Assembly: GCA_963677925.2 (NCBI GenBank)
Contig: CAXXYH010000004.1
Location: 704,001 to 768,000 of the forward strand
Origin: Spirochaetia bacterium
GTDB taxonomy: Bacteria > Spirochaetota > Spirochaetia > UBA9216
DNA length: 64,000 nt
Reading direction: 5' to 3'
In this document: positions 27,417 to 37,319 of the stretch, in pieces
Position numbering within the stretch: the stretch's first letter is position 1
Layout of the letters: the number at the start of each line of letters is the position of its first letter
Position numbers and translations under genes: made by a program
Notes under the pieces: generated by a model
Databases searched by the model: none
What the model was told of the DNA's origin: nothing
Seen by the model: the letters and a program-made list of their open reading frames with translations, nothing else

Positions 27417-28517
27417 CTAGTCGAGTTTGTATACAAGAACCAGACCTGATCTCTGGAATACCTGAGCAACTTCAATAAGATCCATACCGCCTGCATTTGC
27501 CGCGATAAGGTTTGAAACCCATGTTACACCGAAGTCAACCTGACCGGTGTAAACAGCGGTTGTTTCACCGATGTCGCCGCCGCCGGGAATTACAGTTACA
27601 TCAAGGCCGACTTCGCTGTAGTAGCCCTTGTCGAGTGCAACGTAGTAACCCATGAACTGCGCCTGGGGAAGCCATTTAAGCTGAATACTTACTTCTGTTT
27701 TTTCCGGGCTGAATGTTCCGTCGGAAGCCATTGCTGCTTCCCAGTATGAGCTGTCTGCAAGATCATCTGCTGAAAGCTCTGCAAGAGCTTCAGCCGCTAC
27801 AGAGTCATCGAGTTTGATGTATGTTTTTGCAAGTTCAAGAGTCTGTGCAAGCGCAGAGTCAACAATCTTTCCGTAGTCAGTTACAGTTGCGCCTGAAGTA
27901 TCGGTTTCAACCAGTTTCTTAACTTCTGATGCCATGTAAGCCTGGTGTTCGGCTGAAACTGAAGATCCGTAGTTGAAAACGATTTCAGCTGCTTCTTCAA
28001 CATTGTTCACCGCATATTCCCAGCCCTTCATTGATGCGTAGATAAATGCTTTTACTGTTTCAGGGTTTGCTGCTGCGAACTCTGCGGTTGTGAAGATGTT
28101 GTCTTCAAGCATTGCAACACCTTCATCATTCATGTCGATGTATGAAACCGTATCTCCGTATCCGTAACCGCCTGCATAGCTGTTTTTTACAAGACCAAGT
28201 TCATTGTAGGTCATTGCTGATGCAAGAAGGATTGAATCGTCATCAAATCCGTCCATATCAAAAGCCTGGCTGAGATATGTAGTAGGCTGACCGTACTTTG
28301 AAAGCAGTGCCTGGATTTCGTATTCGTTACCAAGACCCCAGTTACCAACCTGGCCCTTGCCGGCTGCGTCTACAACGATGCTTTCAACTGATGCATCTGC
28401 TGAATAATAGGAGCTTCCCTCTTCAGATTCCTGGCTTCCTGAAGCGAAGAGCGGTGATGCGGCCATTACGCTGATTAAGAGTAAAGACCCGATTGTAAGT
28501 AAATTAAACCTTTTCAT
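27417..28517 (-). CDS. NMT1/THI5-like ABC substrate-binding protein, circularly permuted
   Basis: The canonical N-terminal block QLKWLPQAQFMGYYVALDKGYY...VFQRSG sits at the C-terminus; SAMTYNE and SMKGWEYA lie in the N-terminal two-thirds. Confidence 0.88.
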   Translation of the reverse strand: MKRFNLLTIGSLLLISVMAASPLFASGSQESEEGSSYYSADASVESIVVDAAGKGQVGNWGLGNEYEIQALLSKYGQPTTYLSQAFDMDGFDDDSILLASAMTYNELGLVKNSYAGGYGYGDTVSYIDMNDEGVAMLEDNIFTTAEFAAANPETVKAFIYASMKGWEYAVNNVEEAAEIVFNYGSSVSAEHQAYMASEVKKLVETDTSGATVTDYGKIVDSALAQTLELAKTYIKLDDSVAAEALAELSADDLADSSYWEAAMASDGTFSPEKTEVSIQLKWLPQAQFMGYYVALDKGYYSEVGLDVTVIPGGGDIGETTAVYTGQVDFGVTWVSNLIAANAGGMDLIEVAQVFQRSGLVLVYKLD

Positions 28518-28571
28518 GTAAATCCTCCGTCATGAATAGTTGGGTTTATTATTTCAGTTGAAAAACTCCAG

Positions 28572-29381
28572 TTACCGGCGTCCTTTCAACAAAATATTCT
28601 CAAGAAGCAGCAGCAGAATATACATGGTTACACCAATGCCGAATGCTGCCGTTATATACGCCCATGCTGTTGAGTACTGGGCAAGAACTATGTTTTCACG
28701 AATCTGCCTTCCTACACCGATGATGTATTCGGCAAAGTATTCGCTGACCATAGCACTGATAATACTTCCGGGAACGCTTACCCGGAGTGCTGTAAAAATA
28801 TAGGGAACACTGTTGGGGACCCTCAGTTTAAGAAAGATAGTCATCCTGTTTGCTGCAATTGAATGCATCAGGTCCTCTGAAAAAGGCTTGAGTTCAGAAA
28901 ATCCCCTGAAGGCATTGATGCTCATCGCCACTGTACAGGTAATCATTACAACAAGCATCTTGGCCAGCATGCTGCGGATGTTGGGATCCCGGCTGAAGTC
29001 CTTTGTCAGATTGGTCATGATAGGGGCTATAGCGATGATCGGGATGGCATTGAAAGCTGATACGATTGTGAGTCCGCCGGCGCCCCACTTGGGGAAGGCT
29101 GTTGCAATGATTGCAAGCAGGTATCCGAGAACCGAGCCCATCAGCAGTCCGCCAAGTGCGACAGTTACTGTAGCCTTAACATTTTTAAGGATAGAACCGG
29201 TGTTGTCTGCAATGATGTTTGCGATTCGTCCGGGCAGGGGGAGTGTAAAAGTATCTGCCCCGATTATCTTGTGCAGGGCCTGGGTCTGCCAGAGCATTAT
29301 TACGAATATTCCGAATGCTACCGGAAAGAAGATGGACGTAAACCTGTCCTTGTTGAATTTCAGTGTATTATTTCTGCTCAT
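28572..29381 (-). CDS. ABC transporter permease (SsuC/TauC/NitT type)
   Basis: LPLP, AIPIIAIAP, KLRVPNSVPYIFTALR, MVSEY. Confidence 0.88.
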   Translation of the reverse strand: MSRNNTLKFNKDRFTSIFFPVAFGIFVIMLWQTQALHKIIGADTFTLPLPGRIANIIADNTGSILKNVKATVTVALGGLLMGSVLGYLLAIIATAFPKWGAGGLTIVSAFNAIPIIAIAPIMTNLTKDFSRDPNIRSMLAKMLVVMITCTVAMSINAFRGFSELKPFSEDLMHSIAANRMTIFLKLRVPNSVPYIFTALRVSVPGSIISAMVSEYFAEYIIGVGRQIRENIVLAQYSTAWAYITAAFGIGVTMYILLLLLENILLKGRR

Positions 29382-29393
29382 ATGACTTTCCTG

Positions 29394-30206
29394 TTAACCT
29401 GCTGTTCTTTTGCCCGGCGATACTATTTTTTCAAGCAGCGACATAAGCTGATAACTGAGTATTCCGATTATTGCGCTTACAAACACTATCTGCCAGAAGA
29501 CATAGATGCTCATAGCGTGTTTAAGCGATTGTGAAAGCATTGTTCCCAGTCCGCCGCCGCCCTGAAGCGTATCGACAAGGATTGATGCGGTGATTGCAAA
29601 GGGCGCAGCAATTTTCAGTCCTGTAAAAAAGTATGGAAGACAGGACGGCAGCAGCAGCTTGGTGTAAATGTGAATCTGAGACGCTGCTATAGAGTGCATG
29701 AGTTCGTGCTTTTCCTTTTCAACAGCCTTCAATCCGGCAAGTGTATTGGTAGCTACGGGATAGAATGTCAGTATTGCTGCAATTACAATCCGGCTTTTAT
29801 CAATATCCTTTGTAATTGCAAGTACAATCGGAGCCATACCCAGAATCGGGATCATCTGGATCATCATCAGGTACGGGAATGCTGTCTTTTCAATCGGAAC
29901 AAACATTCTCATTAAAAGCGCCAGGGTAAATCCCACAGCAATTCCAATAAGAAAGCCGATTCCTGCACGGTAAAGGGTGATGCCTGCGTTGCTCATTACC
30001 AGCTGCAGGGCTGTCTGCTTGTTTGCCACCATCGCTGAACTGAAAACCGATTCAATTATCTGATAAAGGTGGGGGAGTACATTCTCGGGAGTTCTTTTTG
30101 AGCCCGCGATGAACGTGGCTCCGATTTCCCAGAGACCTACAAGACCGAGTCCCCATACAAGTGTTACAAGCTTACTCTGATGTTTTGATTGTTTTACGCC
30201 AGCCAC
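29394..30206 (-). CDS. ABC transporter permease (SsuC/TauC/NitT type)
   Basis: QMIPILGMAP, FYPVATNT, KLLLPSCLPYFFTGLK, GLG. Confidence 0.88.
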   Translation of the reverse strand: MAGVKQSKHQSKLVTLVWGLGLVGLWEIGATFIAGSKRTPENVLPHLYQIIESVFSSAMVANKQTALQLVMSNAGITLYRAGIGFLIGIAVGFTLALLMRMFVPIEKTAFPYLMMIQMIPILGMAPIVLAITKDIDKSRIVIAAILTFYPVATNTLAGLKAVEKEKHELMHSIAASQIHIYTKLLLPSCLPYFFTGLKIAAPFAITASILVDTLQGGGGLGTMLSQSLKHAMSIYVFWQIVFVSAIIGILSYQLMSLLEKIVSPGKRTAG

Positions 30207-30208
30207 TG

Positions 30209-30988
30209 TCAGACTCCCTCAAAACTGTGGCGGACTTTGGTTACAAGTTTCGCAAACTCAGGATTATCCTTGGAGTCAAGGCTTCTGGGTCTGGGGATAT
30301 CAATATCAACTACAGCGGAAACCCTGCCGGGGTGGGGTGAGAGAACTACAACCCTGTCCGATAGGAATACTGATTCCTGAATATTATGAGTAACAAAGAG
30401 TATGGTCTTGTTTGTCTTCTGCCAGATTCTCAGGAGATCCATGTGCAGCTTTTCTTTTGTGAATTCATCAAGTGCGGAAAAGGGTTCGTCCATAAGAAGT
30501 ATTTCCGGATCAATGGCAAGCGCACGTGCAATTCCTACTCTCTGCTGCATTCCTCCGCTGAGCTGGTGGGGATATTTGTCGCCGAATTCGGTAAGCCCAA
30601 CAAGTTCAAGTGTTTCTTCAATTCTTCGATGTCGTTCTGCCTTTGGGATGCCAATAACCTCCATGGGCATGGAAATATTTTTTCTGACAGTCCTCCATTC
30701 AAAAAGAACCGGACTCTGAAAGACAAAACCATATTTCTGGCGCTGTCGAACTTCACTTGGCGTCATTCCCTTAACGGAGATGATTCCTGAACTTGGTGGC
30801 TGAAGATCTGCTATTGCGCGAAGCAGGGTTGTTTTGCCGCAGCCCGAAGGGCCTACAAGAGAGACAAACTGTCCCTCTTTAATGTCAAGATTAATGTCGG
30901 TAAGCGCGTGTACCTCGCCGGTTCCGTCCTGGTCAGGAAAAGTAACACATAATCCTAATATTTTAATTTCTGTATCATTAGTCTGCAT
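30209..30988 (-). CDS. ABC transporter ATP-binding protein (SsuB/TauB type)
   Basis: GPSGCGKTT, LSGGMQQR, LLMDEPFSALD; start uncertain (30988 to 31000). Confidence 0.92.
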   Translation of the reverse strand: MQTNDTEIKILGLCVTFPDQDGTGEVHALTDINLDIKEGQFVSLVGPSGCGKTTLLRAIADLQPPSSGIISVKGMTPSEVRQRQKYGFVFQSPVLFEWRTVRKNISMPMEVIGIPKAERHRRIEETLELVGLTEFGDKYPHQLSGGMQQRVGIARALAIDPEILLMDEPFSALDEFTKEKLHMDLLRIWQKTNKTILFVTHNIQESVFLSDRVVVLSPHPGRVSAVVDIDIPRPRSLDSKDNPEFAKLVTKVRHSFEGV

Positions 30989-31207
30989 ATGGGGATACAA
31001 TGCAAATTACATGCCAAAAAAACCTGACTTCTGTAGTAAGGATGAAATTCGCTGTGTTTAATGAAAAATATTGTAGTAATCGTGACGATTAAGTGTGATT
31101 TCGAAGGGAAATATGATTTTTAACAAAAATGTAAAAAACAAAAATGAATGATAAAGCTACATTAATGTAACTTTATCATTCATTTAAAACAAATTTGTAG
31201 GTTGATA

Positions 31208-32044
31208 TTATTTGAAAATGATTGTGTGATTGTTTGAAACAAAAACCCTGTCGTCGAAAACCATTTCCATTGCCTTTGCAAGAACAGCTTTTTCAACATC
31301 GCGCCCTGCCCGTGCCAGAGCTTCAGCATTCTGCTTGTGTGTAATGTTGATGACATTCTGCTCAATTATCGGCCCGTCGTCGAGATCCTGATTCACAAAG
31401 TGGGCTGTTGCCCCGATAATCTTGACTCCGCGCTCATATGCCTGCCGGTAGGGATTTGCCCCTATGAATGCCGGAAGGAAGGAATGGTGGATGTTGATAA
31501 TCTGATCAAGGTAATGATCTGTGAATGATGAAGAAAGGATTCTCATATATTTTGCAAGTACAATATATTCCGGACTGTACTGATCAATAATGTTTATGAT
31601 CTTTCTTTCATGTTCTTCCCTGCTGATGTTTTCATGGCTGATGTAATGATAGGGAACGCCCATCTTTTCGGTAAACTCTCTGAGTGAATCATAGTTGCTG
31701 ATTACAGCCAGGATGTTTGCATTGATATTGTTGAAAAAGTGTCTGACAAGAATATCTCCAAGGCAGTGATGTTCCTTTGTTGCCATAACAATGATATTCT
31801 TTTTTCTTTTTCCATGAAGTTTAATGTCCGCTTCTTCACCGAGTGCTTCTTTAAGATCGTCGTACATGACTCCGGAATCAAAGGTTCCGTTAAACTCTGT
31901 TCTCATGAAAAAGCGTGAAGCCTCGCTGTCGGTATACTGATCGCTTTCAACAACATTGACATTATGATTCAGCAGAATATGAGTAATATCATGTACCAGT
32001 CCCTTTCTGTCGGGACAGTCAATTTTTAGTGTATGCTTGTTCAT
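31208..32044 (-). CDS. purU: Formyltetrahydrofolate deformylase
   Basis: ACT domain (CPDRKGLV), LAKYMRIL, INIHHSFLPAFIGANPY, GATAHFV, LDDGPII. Confidence 0.96.
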   Translation of the reverse strand: MNKHTLKIDCPDRKGLVHDITHILLNHNVNVVESDQYTDSEASRFFMRTEFNGTFDSGVMYDDLKEALGEEADIKLHGKRKKNIIVMATKEHHCLGDILVRHFFNNINANILAVISNYDSLREFTEKMGVPYHYISHENISREEHERKIINIIDQYSPEYIVLAKYMRILSSSFTDHYLDQIINIHHSFLPAFIGANPYRQAYERGVKIIGATAHFVNQDLDDGPIIEQNVINITHKQNAEALARAGRDVEKAVLAKAMEMVFDDRVFVSNNHTIIFK

Positions 32045-32315
32045 CTCTTTCTTTCCTTAAACTAATGAGTAAATCATTGGGTATTTCTTTTGAATAAAAA
32101 TGGAAATATCCGAAGTAGCTGATCTGCTTAAACTTAACATAGAAATAATCTTTTTTAAATACCGCTTAACCCAAATTATCAATATTTACTTTTTTGAATA
32201 TTTAAAATATAATTTCAAGAATATTGCACCTTTTCTTCTATGCTCAAATATTTTATAAATCTTTATATTGAAAGTAAATAGAAGTAACCGGAAAACACTT
32301 TTTAGAGAGGCTTTT

Positions 32316-34175
32316 ATGAAAAGCTATGGAAAATCATATTTAATAAACACCCTGTTTTTCGGGATTCTGGGGTTTATTGCAGATGGGGTAAATTGCGGAA
32401 TTTTCAATTCGAACGAAGTGCCTTTTTTTACAACTTTTCTCAGGACAATGCTGATTGGTTTTCCTTTTTTTATTCCGGCAATCGGAATCCTTGTTGTTCT
32501 TAAAAGAAGCTACAAACATGATTTTTCAAATCAAGATGAAAAAGAAACACTTAATGCGCTTTCCAAAACGGGTAAACTGCCGCTTATTTCAATGGCTGTA
32601 TTTACTTTCTTTTTAATCTTGTACGTAATTTTAATTTATAAAATGAGGACCTGGCTCGGCCTTTACGAGGGCCTTGAACTTACTGTAGCTGTTCTTTGTT
32701 TTTCATGGGGTATGCTGGCTGCCGCAGGCGTATACATAGGAACGGATAGAATCAATGTGAATTATCTTACCAGTCTTGATCTGTACCGCTATCCAAGTAT
32801 GCTTCGCGAAGATCGACAGTCGCTGAAGATGATAATTATTCCGCTTATGACGGCATTGCTTGGTTTAACCTATACCTTTGGTCTGGGCGGCAGTCTTCTT
32901 GTTAAATACAGAACATTCGCCGAGATTCCCCATAACTCATTTATTTTTGCAGGGGTATGTCTTATTATCTATTTCTTTTTGATAATTTTATTAGCCAAAA
33001 TTTGCAGTGATAACCATAAACTTGTTTTTAAAACTGTTATTGAACAGCTCGATCAGCTTTCTTCAGGGGACAAGGACCTTGCGAAGAGGATCAGCATTGG
33101 TTCGATTGATGAAGTAGCGTCTATCTCCGGACTGATTAATATTTTTGTAGAAAAACTTGCAGAAAGTATTGATACAATCAAGAAGGCTCAAATTGAATTA
33201 AGAAGCCTGGGTGAGCAGCTTGGTAAGAATGCAAATGAGGCTGAATTGGATGTCTCAGATATTTCCAGTCATATCGATACGATGAAGACTCAGACTGAAG
33301 CTCAGTCGGCGAGCATCCTTGAAACTTCAGGCGCGGTAGAGGAAATCGGTATGATCATTAATAACATGAACAAACTGATAACCGAACAAAGTTCAAGTAT
33401 AAGCGAATCTTCCTCAGCTATAGAGCAGATGGCTGGCAACATTGTTTCGATTAATAATTCCATGTCAGTTATGGCTGATGAGTTCCGGGATCTTTCAGAG
33501 ACCTCGGTTAAAGGTCTATCTATTCAGGATGAAACCTACAAACGGACATCGGATATCTCCAAAAAATCACAGGACCTTCAGGTAGCCAATCAGGTAATCG
33601 CAGATATTGCGGCGCAGACAAACCTTCTTGCCATGAACGCGGCAATAGAGGCTGCGCATGCCGGCGAATCAGGCCGCGGATTTGCTGTAGTTGCAGCTGA
33701 AATCAGAAAGCTGGCAGAGCATTCGGCGCAGAACTCTAAATCAATAAGTGCAATTCTTGGAGAGGTTCAGGCCGGTATTCAGAAGGTTGTTGATTCATCC
33801 ATGTCCTCAAAGCAGATCTTCAGCACCGTTGCAGAGAAAATCGGTTCAACCGACAGCCTTGTAAATGAAATTAATCAGACTATGAAGGAACAGAAGGAAG
33901 GAACCCGGCAGATTCTCAGCTCTCTCGATAAAATGAATGATATTACTTCACAGGTTCAAAGCGGTGCTTCTGAGATGCAGAGCGGCAGTGAGACTATTGT
34001 GAAGGAGATGTCCAGTTTGAATGAGCATACCCAGGAAATGCGCTCAAATATGGAAGCGATAGTCAGGGGTATCAAAAATGTTAATCAGAGTGTGGATGCT
34101 GTATCCAATATCGCTGTTGTAACTGCCAGATCTATTGAACATATATCCGATGCTGTTGGTGACTTTAAGACCTGA
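32316..34175 (+). CDS. Methyl-accepting chemotaxis protein with a multi-TM N-terminus
   Basis: About six TMs, HAMP domain (DLAKRI..DEV), [38 protein letters not shown]. Confidence 0.93.
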   Translation: MKSYGKSYLINTLFFGILGFIADGVNCGIFNSNEVPFFTTFLRTMLIGFPFFIPAIGILVVLKRSYKHDFSNQDEKETLNALSKTGKLPLISMAVFTFFLILYVILIYKMRTWLGLYEGLELTVAVLCFSWGMLAAAGVYIGTDRINVNYLTSLDLYRYPSMLREDRQSLKMIIIPLMTALLGLTYTFGLGGSLLVKYRTFAEIPHNSFIFAGVCLIIYFFLIILLAKICSDNHKLVFKTVIEQLDQLSSGDKDLAKRISIGSIDEVASISGLINIFVEKLAESIDTIKKAQIELRSLGEQLGKNANEAELDVSDISSHIDTMKTQTEAQSASILETSGAVEEIGMIINNMNKLITEQSSSISESSSAIEQMAGNIVSINNSMSVMADEFRDLSETSVKGLSIQDETYKRTSDISKKSQDLQVANQVIADIAAQTNLLAMNAAIEAAHAGESGRGFAVVAAEIRKLAEHSAQNSKSISAILGEVQAGIQKVVDSSMSSKQIFSTVAEKIGSTDSLVNEINQTMKEQKEGTRQILSSLDKMNDITSQVQSGASEMQSGSETIVKEMSSLNEHTQEMRSNMEAIVRGIKNVNQSVDAVSNIAVVTARSIEHISDAVGDFKT

Positions 34176-34704
34176 GCTCTATTTCCAGAGAGCAGTTATA
34201 TTCATAAAATCTGTCAATAAGGCGGCGCTGTTCCGAGGTAATGTTAACCATCATTTCTGATTTTATATGTTTTACCGCTTCATCCGCTGTGACTCTGTCT
34301 ATTGCTATTATTATGCATGCAACGGCAAGCGATGTTCTTCCAACTCCCGCATGACAATGAACAATAATCCGTTCCCTTTTTTGCAGTCTTTGTCCAGCTT
34401 CAAGCACCAGGCTTTTAATCACATCAAGTGAGGGGGCCTGAAAGTCGGGTATTATATATCTCGAATAAGTAATTCCAAGTTTTGTATATTCCCTAAAAAG
34501 ATCCTTTCTTGCCTTGTTCTGAATTTCACTGTCGGTTACAAGACTGAAAACGTGATCAACGTGGTGATGTTTATACAGCTTCAAGAGTGAGCCGGGATCA
34601 TAAGCTCCTGACGGCATAGGGCTCACAAAAAGTTTTCCTGCAGTATCCAGTGGAATCTGTCGAAAGATTCCTGAATCTCTGCCTTTGTTTATGAAATTCA
34701 GCAT
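34165..34704 (-). CDS. Protein-tyrosine/dual-specificity phosphatase family protein
   Basis: IPDFQAP general-acid loop and [10 protein letters not shown]-loop. Confidence 0.88.
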   Translation of the reverse strand: MLNFINKGRDSGIFRQIPLDTAGKLFVSPMPSGAYDPGSLLKLYKHHHVDHVFSLVTDSEIQNKARKDLFREYTKLGITYSRYIIPDFQAPSLDVIKSLVLEAGQRLQKRERIIVHCHAGVGRTSLAVACIIIAIDRVTADEAVKHIKSEMMVNITSEQRRLIDRFYEYNCSLEIELRS

Positions 34705-35990
34705 TCAGAACCGGCCTTTGGGAATGTGTGAGCCGCATCAGGAATAAACCAGTATGGAACTTCTGCGGACTCTGTCATCTCTGAAACATAATTCACTGCA
34801 TCCTGCAGTGAGCTGAAATTATTTATACCCGCATTTTTAAGTGAAGGTTCGTTCATTTCGGAAACCAGTATTGTTTTAAATTTTGATGCAAGCTCGCATC
34901 CGTAATAGGCTATGAATCTTCCGATTGTATAGTTTTCTCTTAAGAAATTTTCTCGCGCTGTCATGCTTGTAAAATCGGCCAGCATCTCCTCCATCAGAGG
35001 ATTTCCGAGACCTTCCTGGCTTCGGGTCGCTAATATCAGTGTTCCGCCTTCTTCAAGAGCCTGGCAGGCATTGATCATCGATTTAACCGATTGATAGAAG
35101 TTGATGTCTCCGGGGAATCCGCCTGCAGAAGCTATAACTACCGGCCGTTTTTCATTAATGTTTATAAGGAAAAACTCCCGCAGCATCATACAGCCTTTTT
35201 CATGTGCCTTAAGGTAGTGTCCGGCGACAGCTCCGCCGGGAGCACCCTTGCCCGGCAGAATGTTCACAAGGAAATCAGGTTTTATAAATTCCTGTGCTTC
35301 CATTAAATCTTCATGAAGCGGATTATCAATTATCTTGTCACAGCCGATCAGAGGGTGGGAGCCTTTCCCTTTTTCAGGTGCAAGGCTTAGCGAATGGTTC
35401 ATCATTATGGTTGTTCTGCTGCTGATCCCGGGAACAAGAGACTTTCTACCCGCACTGTATCCGGCCATAAGATGAAAAACGATACCGCCGGTAAGTATAA
35501 GTCTGTCGGCCTCAGCGGCTGCTCTGTTTATCTCAACAACCGTGCCCCTGCTTGTGGTTCCCATTTTCACAAGATTCTCTGTATCATCACAGTCGTGATC
35601 GATAATGCGGTATTTACCGTACAGTGGGCCTGTAAGCTGCTTTTTCTCATCTTCAGAGTGCTTTCGGTGTGTTCCAAGGGCGGAGAGCAGGGTGATATCT
35701 TCCGGTCTTATACCGGCGCCTTCGAGTTCTTCAACGATTAAGGGAAGGTAGATATCAGTCCTCTGCCATGAGCGGGTTATATCTGAAAAGACTATACATA
35801 CAGTTTCTCCGGGCCTGACAATACTTCCAAGTGGAGCGGATGCTTCCGGTGACGACATTGCGGTTTTCACCATTTCGGCCAGAGTTTCTTTGCTTTGTGC
35901 AAATGATGAATCTATTAAATCGCCTTTCCAGTTTTCAGGTAGTTCGGCATCTATTTTCTGTTTTCCATATTCAAGACTGATACTGCTCAT
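34698..35990 (-). CDS. larA: LarA-family nickel-pincer-dependent racemase/epimerase
   Basis: SDITR, ALGTHRKH, IDHD, GTTSRGT, FHLMAGYSAGRKS, DINFYQSVK. Confidence 0.85.
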   Translation of the reverse strand: MSSISLEYGKQKIDAELPENWKGDLIDSSFAQSKETLAEMVKTAMSSPEASAPLGSIVRPGETVCIVFSDITRSWQRTDIYLPLIVEELEGAGIRPEDITLLSALGTHRKHSEDEKKQLTGPLYGKYRIIDHDCDDTENLVKMGTTSRGTVVEINRAAAEADRLILTGGIVFHLMAGYSAGRKSLVPGISSRTTIMMNHSLSLAPEKGKGSHPLIGCDKIIDNPLHEDLMEAQEFIKPDFLVNILPGKGAPGGAVAGHYLKAHEKGCMMLREFFLININEKRPVVIASAGGFPGDINFYQSVKSMINACQALEEGGTLILATRSQEGLGNPLMEEMLADFTSMTARENFLRENYTIGRFIAYYGCELASKFKTILVSEMNEPSLKNAGINNFSSLQDAVNYVSEMTESAEVPYWFIPDAAHTFPKAGSEC

Positions 35991-36169
35991 GAATCGAGCT
36001 TACTCCTTTGATTAACATTTTACAACCGAAGCTTATGGGTAAGGGTGCATCTTGCAAATTATTTATATCAAATTTGAAAAGTATGACTGTTCCTATTGAC
36101 AGAAACGCCAAATAGATTTAAAAATATTGATGTGATTCTTTACATAGAAACAATAAAAGAGAGAAACTA

Positions 36170-37171
36170 ATGAAAAGAAAACTATTAACTGTTCTTGCAG
36201 CGGCCTTGATATTTACAACTGTGACTATGAACGCAGCAGCATCAGGATCTTCAGAAGAAGCGACAGAGACTGACGGAAGCCTTCGCATAGGTGTTTCCCA
36301 GTTTGTACAGCATCCTGCTCTTGATGCCGTTTATCAGGGGATTGTCGATGAAATGGAAGCACTCGGTTATGCCGATGTTGAATACGATTATCAGAACTCC
36401 AATGCTGATGTTAACACCTGCAGGCAGATTGCATCGCTTTTTCAGTCAAAGAAAATGGATATGGTGGTAGGTATTGCTACCCCGAATGCACAGGCATTAA
36501 AGAGCGGCGTAACAAACGCACCTCTTATCTATGCGGCAATTACAGACCCGGTATCCGCCGGTCTTGTTGAAACACTTGAACACGGCGACCCGGATATGAC
36601 AGGTACCTCATATAAGAATCCATTCAAAGAGCAGATCGAGTTTCTGATGGCATTCCATGAAGTCAAGGTTCTTGGACAGGTTTATACCGGAAGCGAAGAT
36701 AATGCCATGTTTCAGGCAAAGCAGGTTGAAAAAGCCTGTGCAGAGCTTGGTATAGAATATCTGGGTACTTCGATTGCTTCATCCGCCGAGGTTAAGTCAG
36801 CAACTGAATCAATTGTGAAAAGAGTTGACGCCATCTATGTTACAAATGACAACACTGTTGTGTCAGCTTTAGGCGGTCTTGTACAGACGGCAACAGCAAA
36901 CAAGGTTCCTGTACTTTCAGCTGATACAGCTTCTGCAAAAGATAATCCGGTATTCATTGCCTGGGGTTTTGACTGGCACTACATCGGTGTTGAAACTGCG
37001 CGTCTGATGGACAAAATCCTCAAAGGAGAGAAGTCTGAAGATATGCCGACTACAGTTGTAAGTGATCCGAAATACATGGAGATGTATCTGAATACAGGTG
37101 TTGCTGAGAAAATCGGAATAGAATTTCCACAGTCAGTCCTCGATCAGGCGGCAGTAATTCTTGAAGAGTAA
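36170..37171 (+). CDS. Orphan ABC substrate-binding protein (ABC_sub_bind, aromatic amino acid/TrpX-like)
   Basis: QFVQHPALD, GIATPNAQ, AITDPVSAGLV, TNDNTVVS. Confidence 0.88.
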   Translation: MKRKLLTVLAAALIFTTVTMNAAASGSSEEATETDGSLRIGVSQFVQHPALDAVYQGIVDEMEALGYADVEYDYQNSNADVNTCRQIASLFQSKKMDMVVGIATPNAQALKSGVTNAPLIYAAITDPVSAGLVETLEHGDPDMTGTSYKNPFKEQIEFLMAFHEVKVLGQVYTGSEDNAMFQAKQVEKACAELGIEYLGTSIASSAEVKSATESIVKRVDAIYVTNDNTVVSALGGLVQTATANKVPVLSADTASAKDNPVFIAWGFDWHYIGVETARLMDKILKGEKSEDMPTTVVSDPKYMEMYLNTGVAEKIGIEFPQSVLDQAAVILEE

Positions 37172-37239
37172 AAATATAAGATAGTTGAGCTTCTTTCAAA
37201 ACTCGGTTAGTTTTGAAATTGCCTCAGTTTTTCAGGTAT

Positions 37240-37281
37240 AAAAAAAGCCCGGACGGTTCAAGAGAACTTTCCGGGTTTTTT
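37240..37281 (+). terminator. Rho-independent terminator
   Basis: A-tract, GCCCGGA...TCCGGGT stem, then a T-tract. Confidence 0.7.
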
Positions 37282-37319
37282 ATTTGTTATGAAGCAGTTC
37301 ATTAACTATAATTTTAATA

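Noticed and set aside
31001-31207. Possible TPP riboswitch upstream of the NMT1/THI5 ABC operon
   Set aside because: No TPP aptamer motifs in the correct order on the minus strand, so a thiamine role is not supported.
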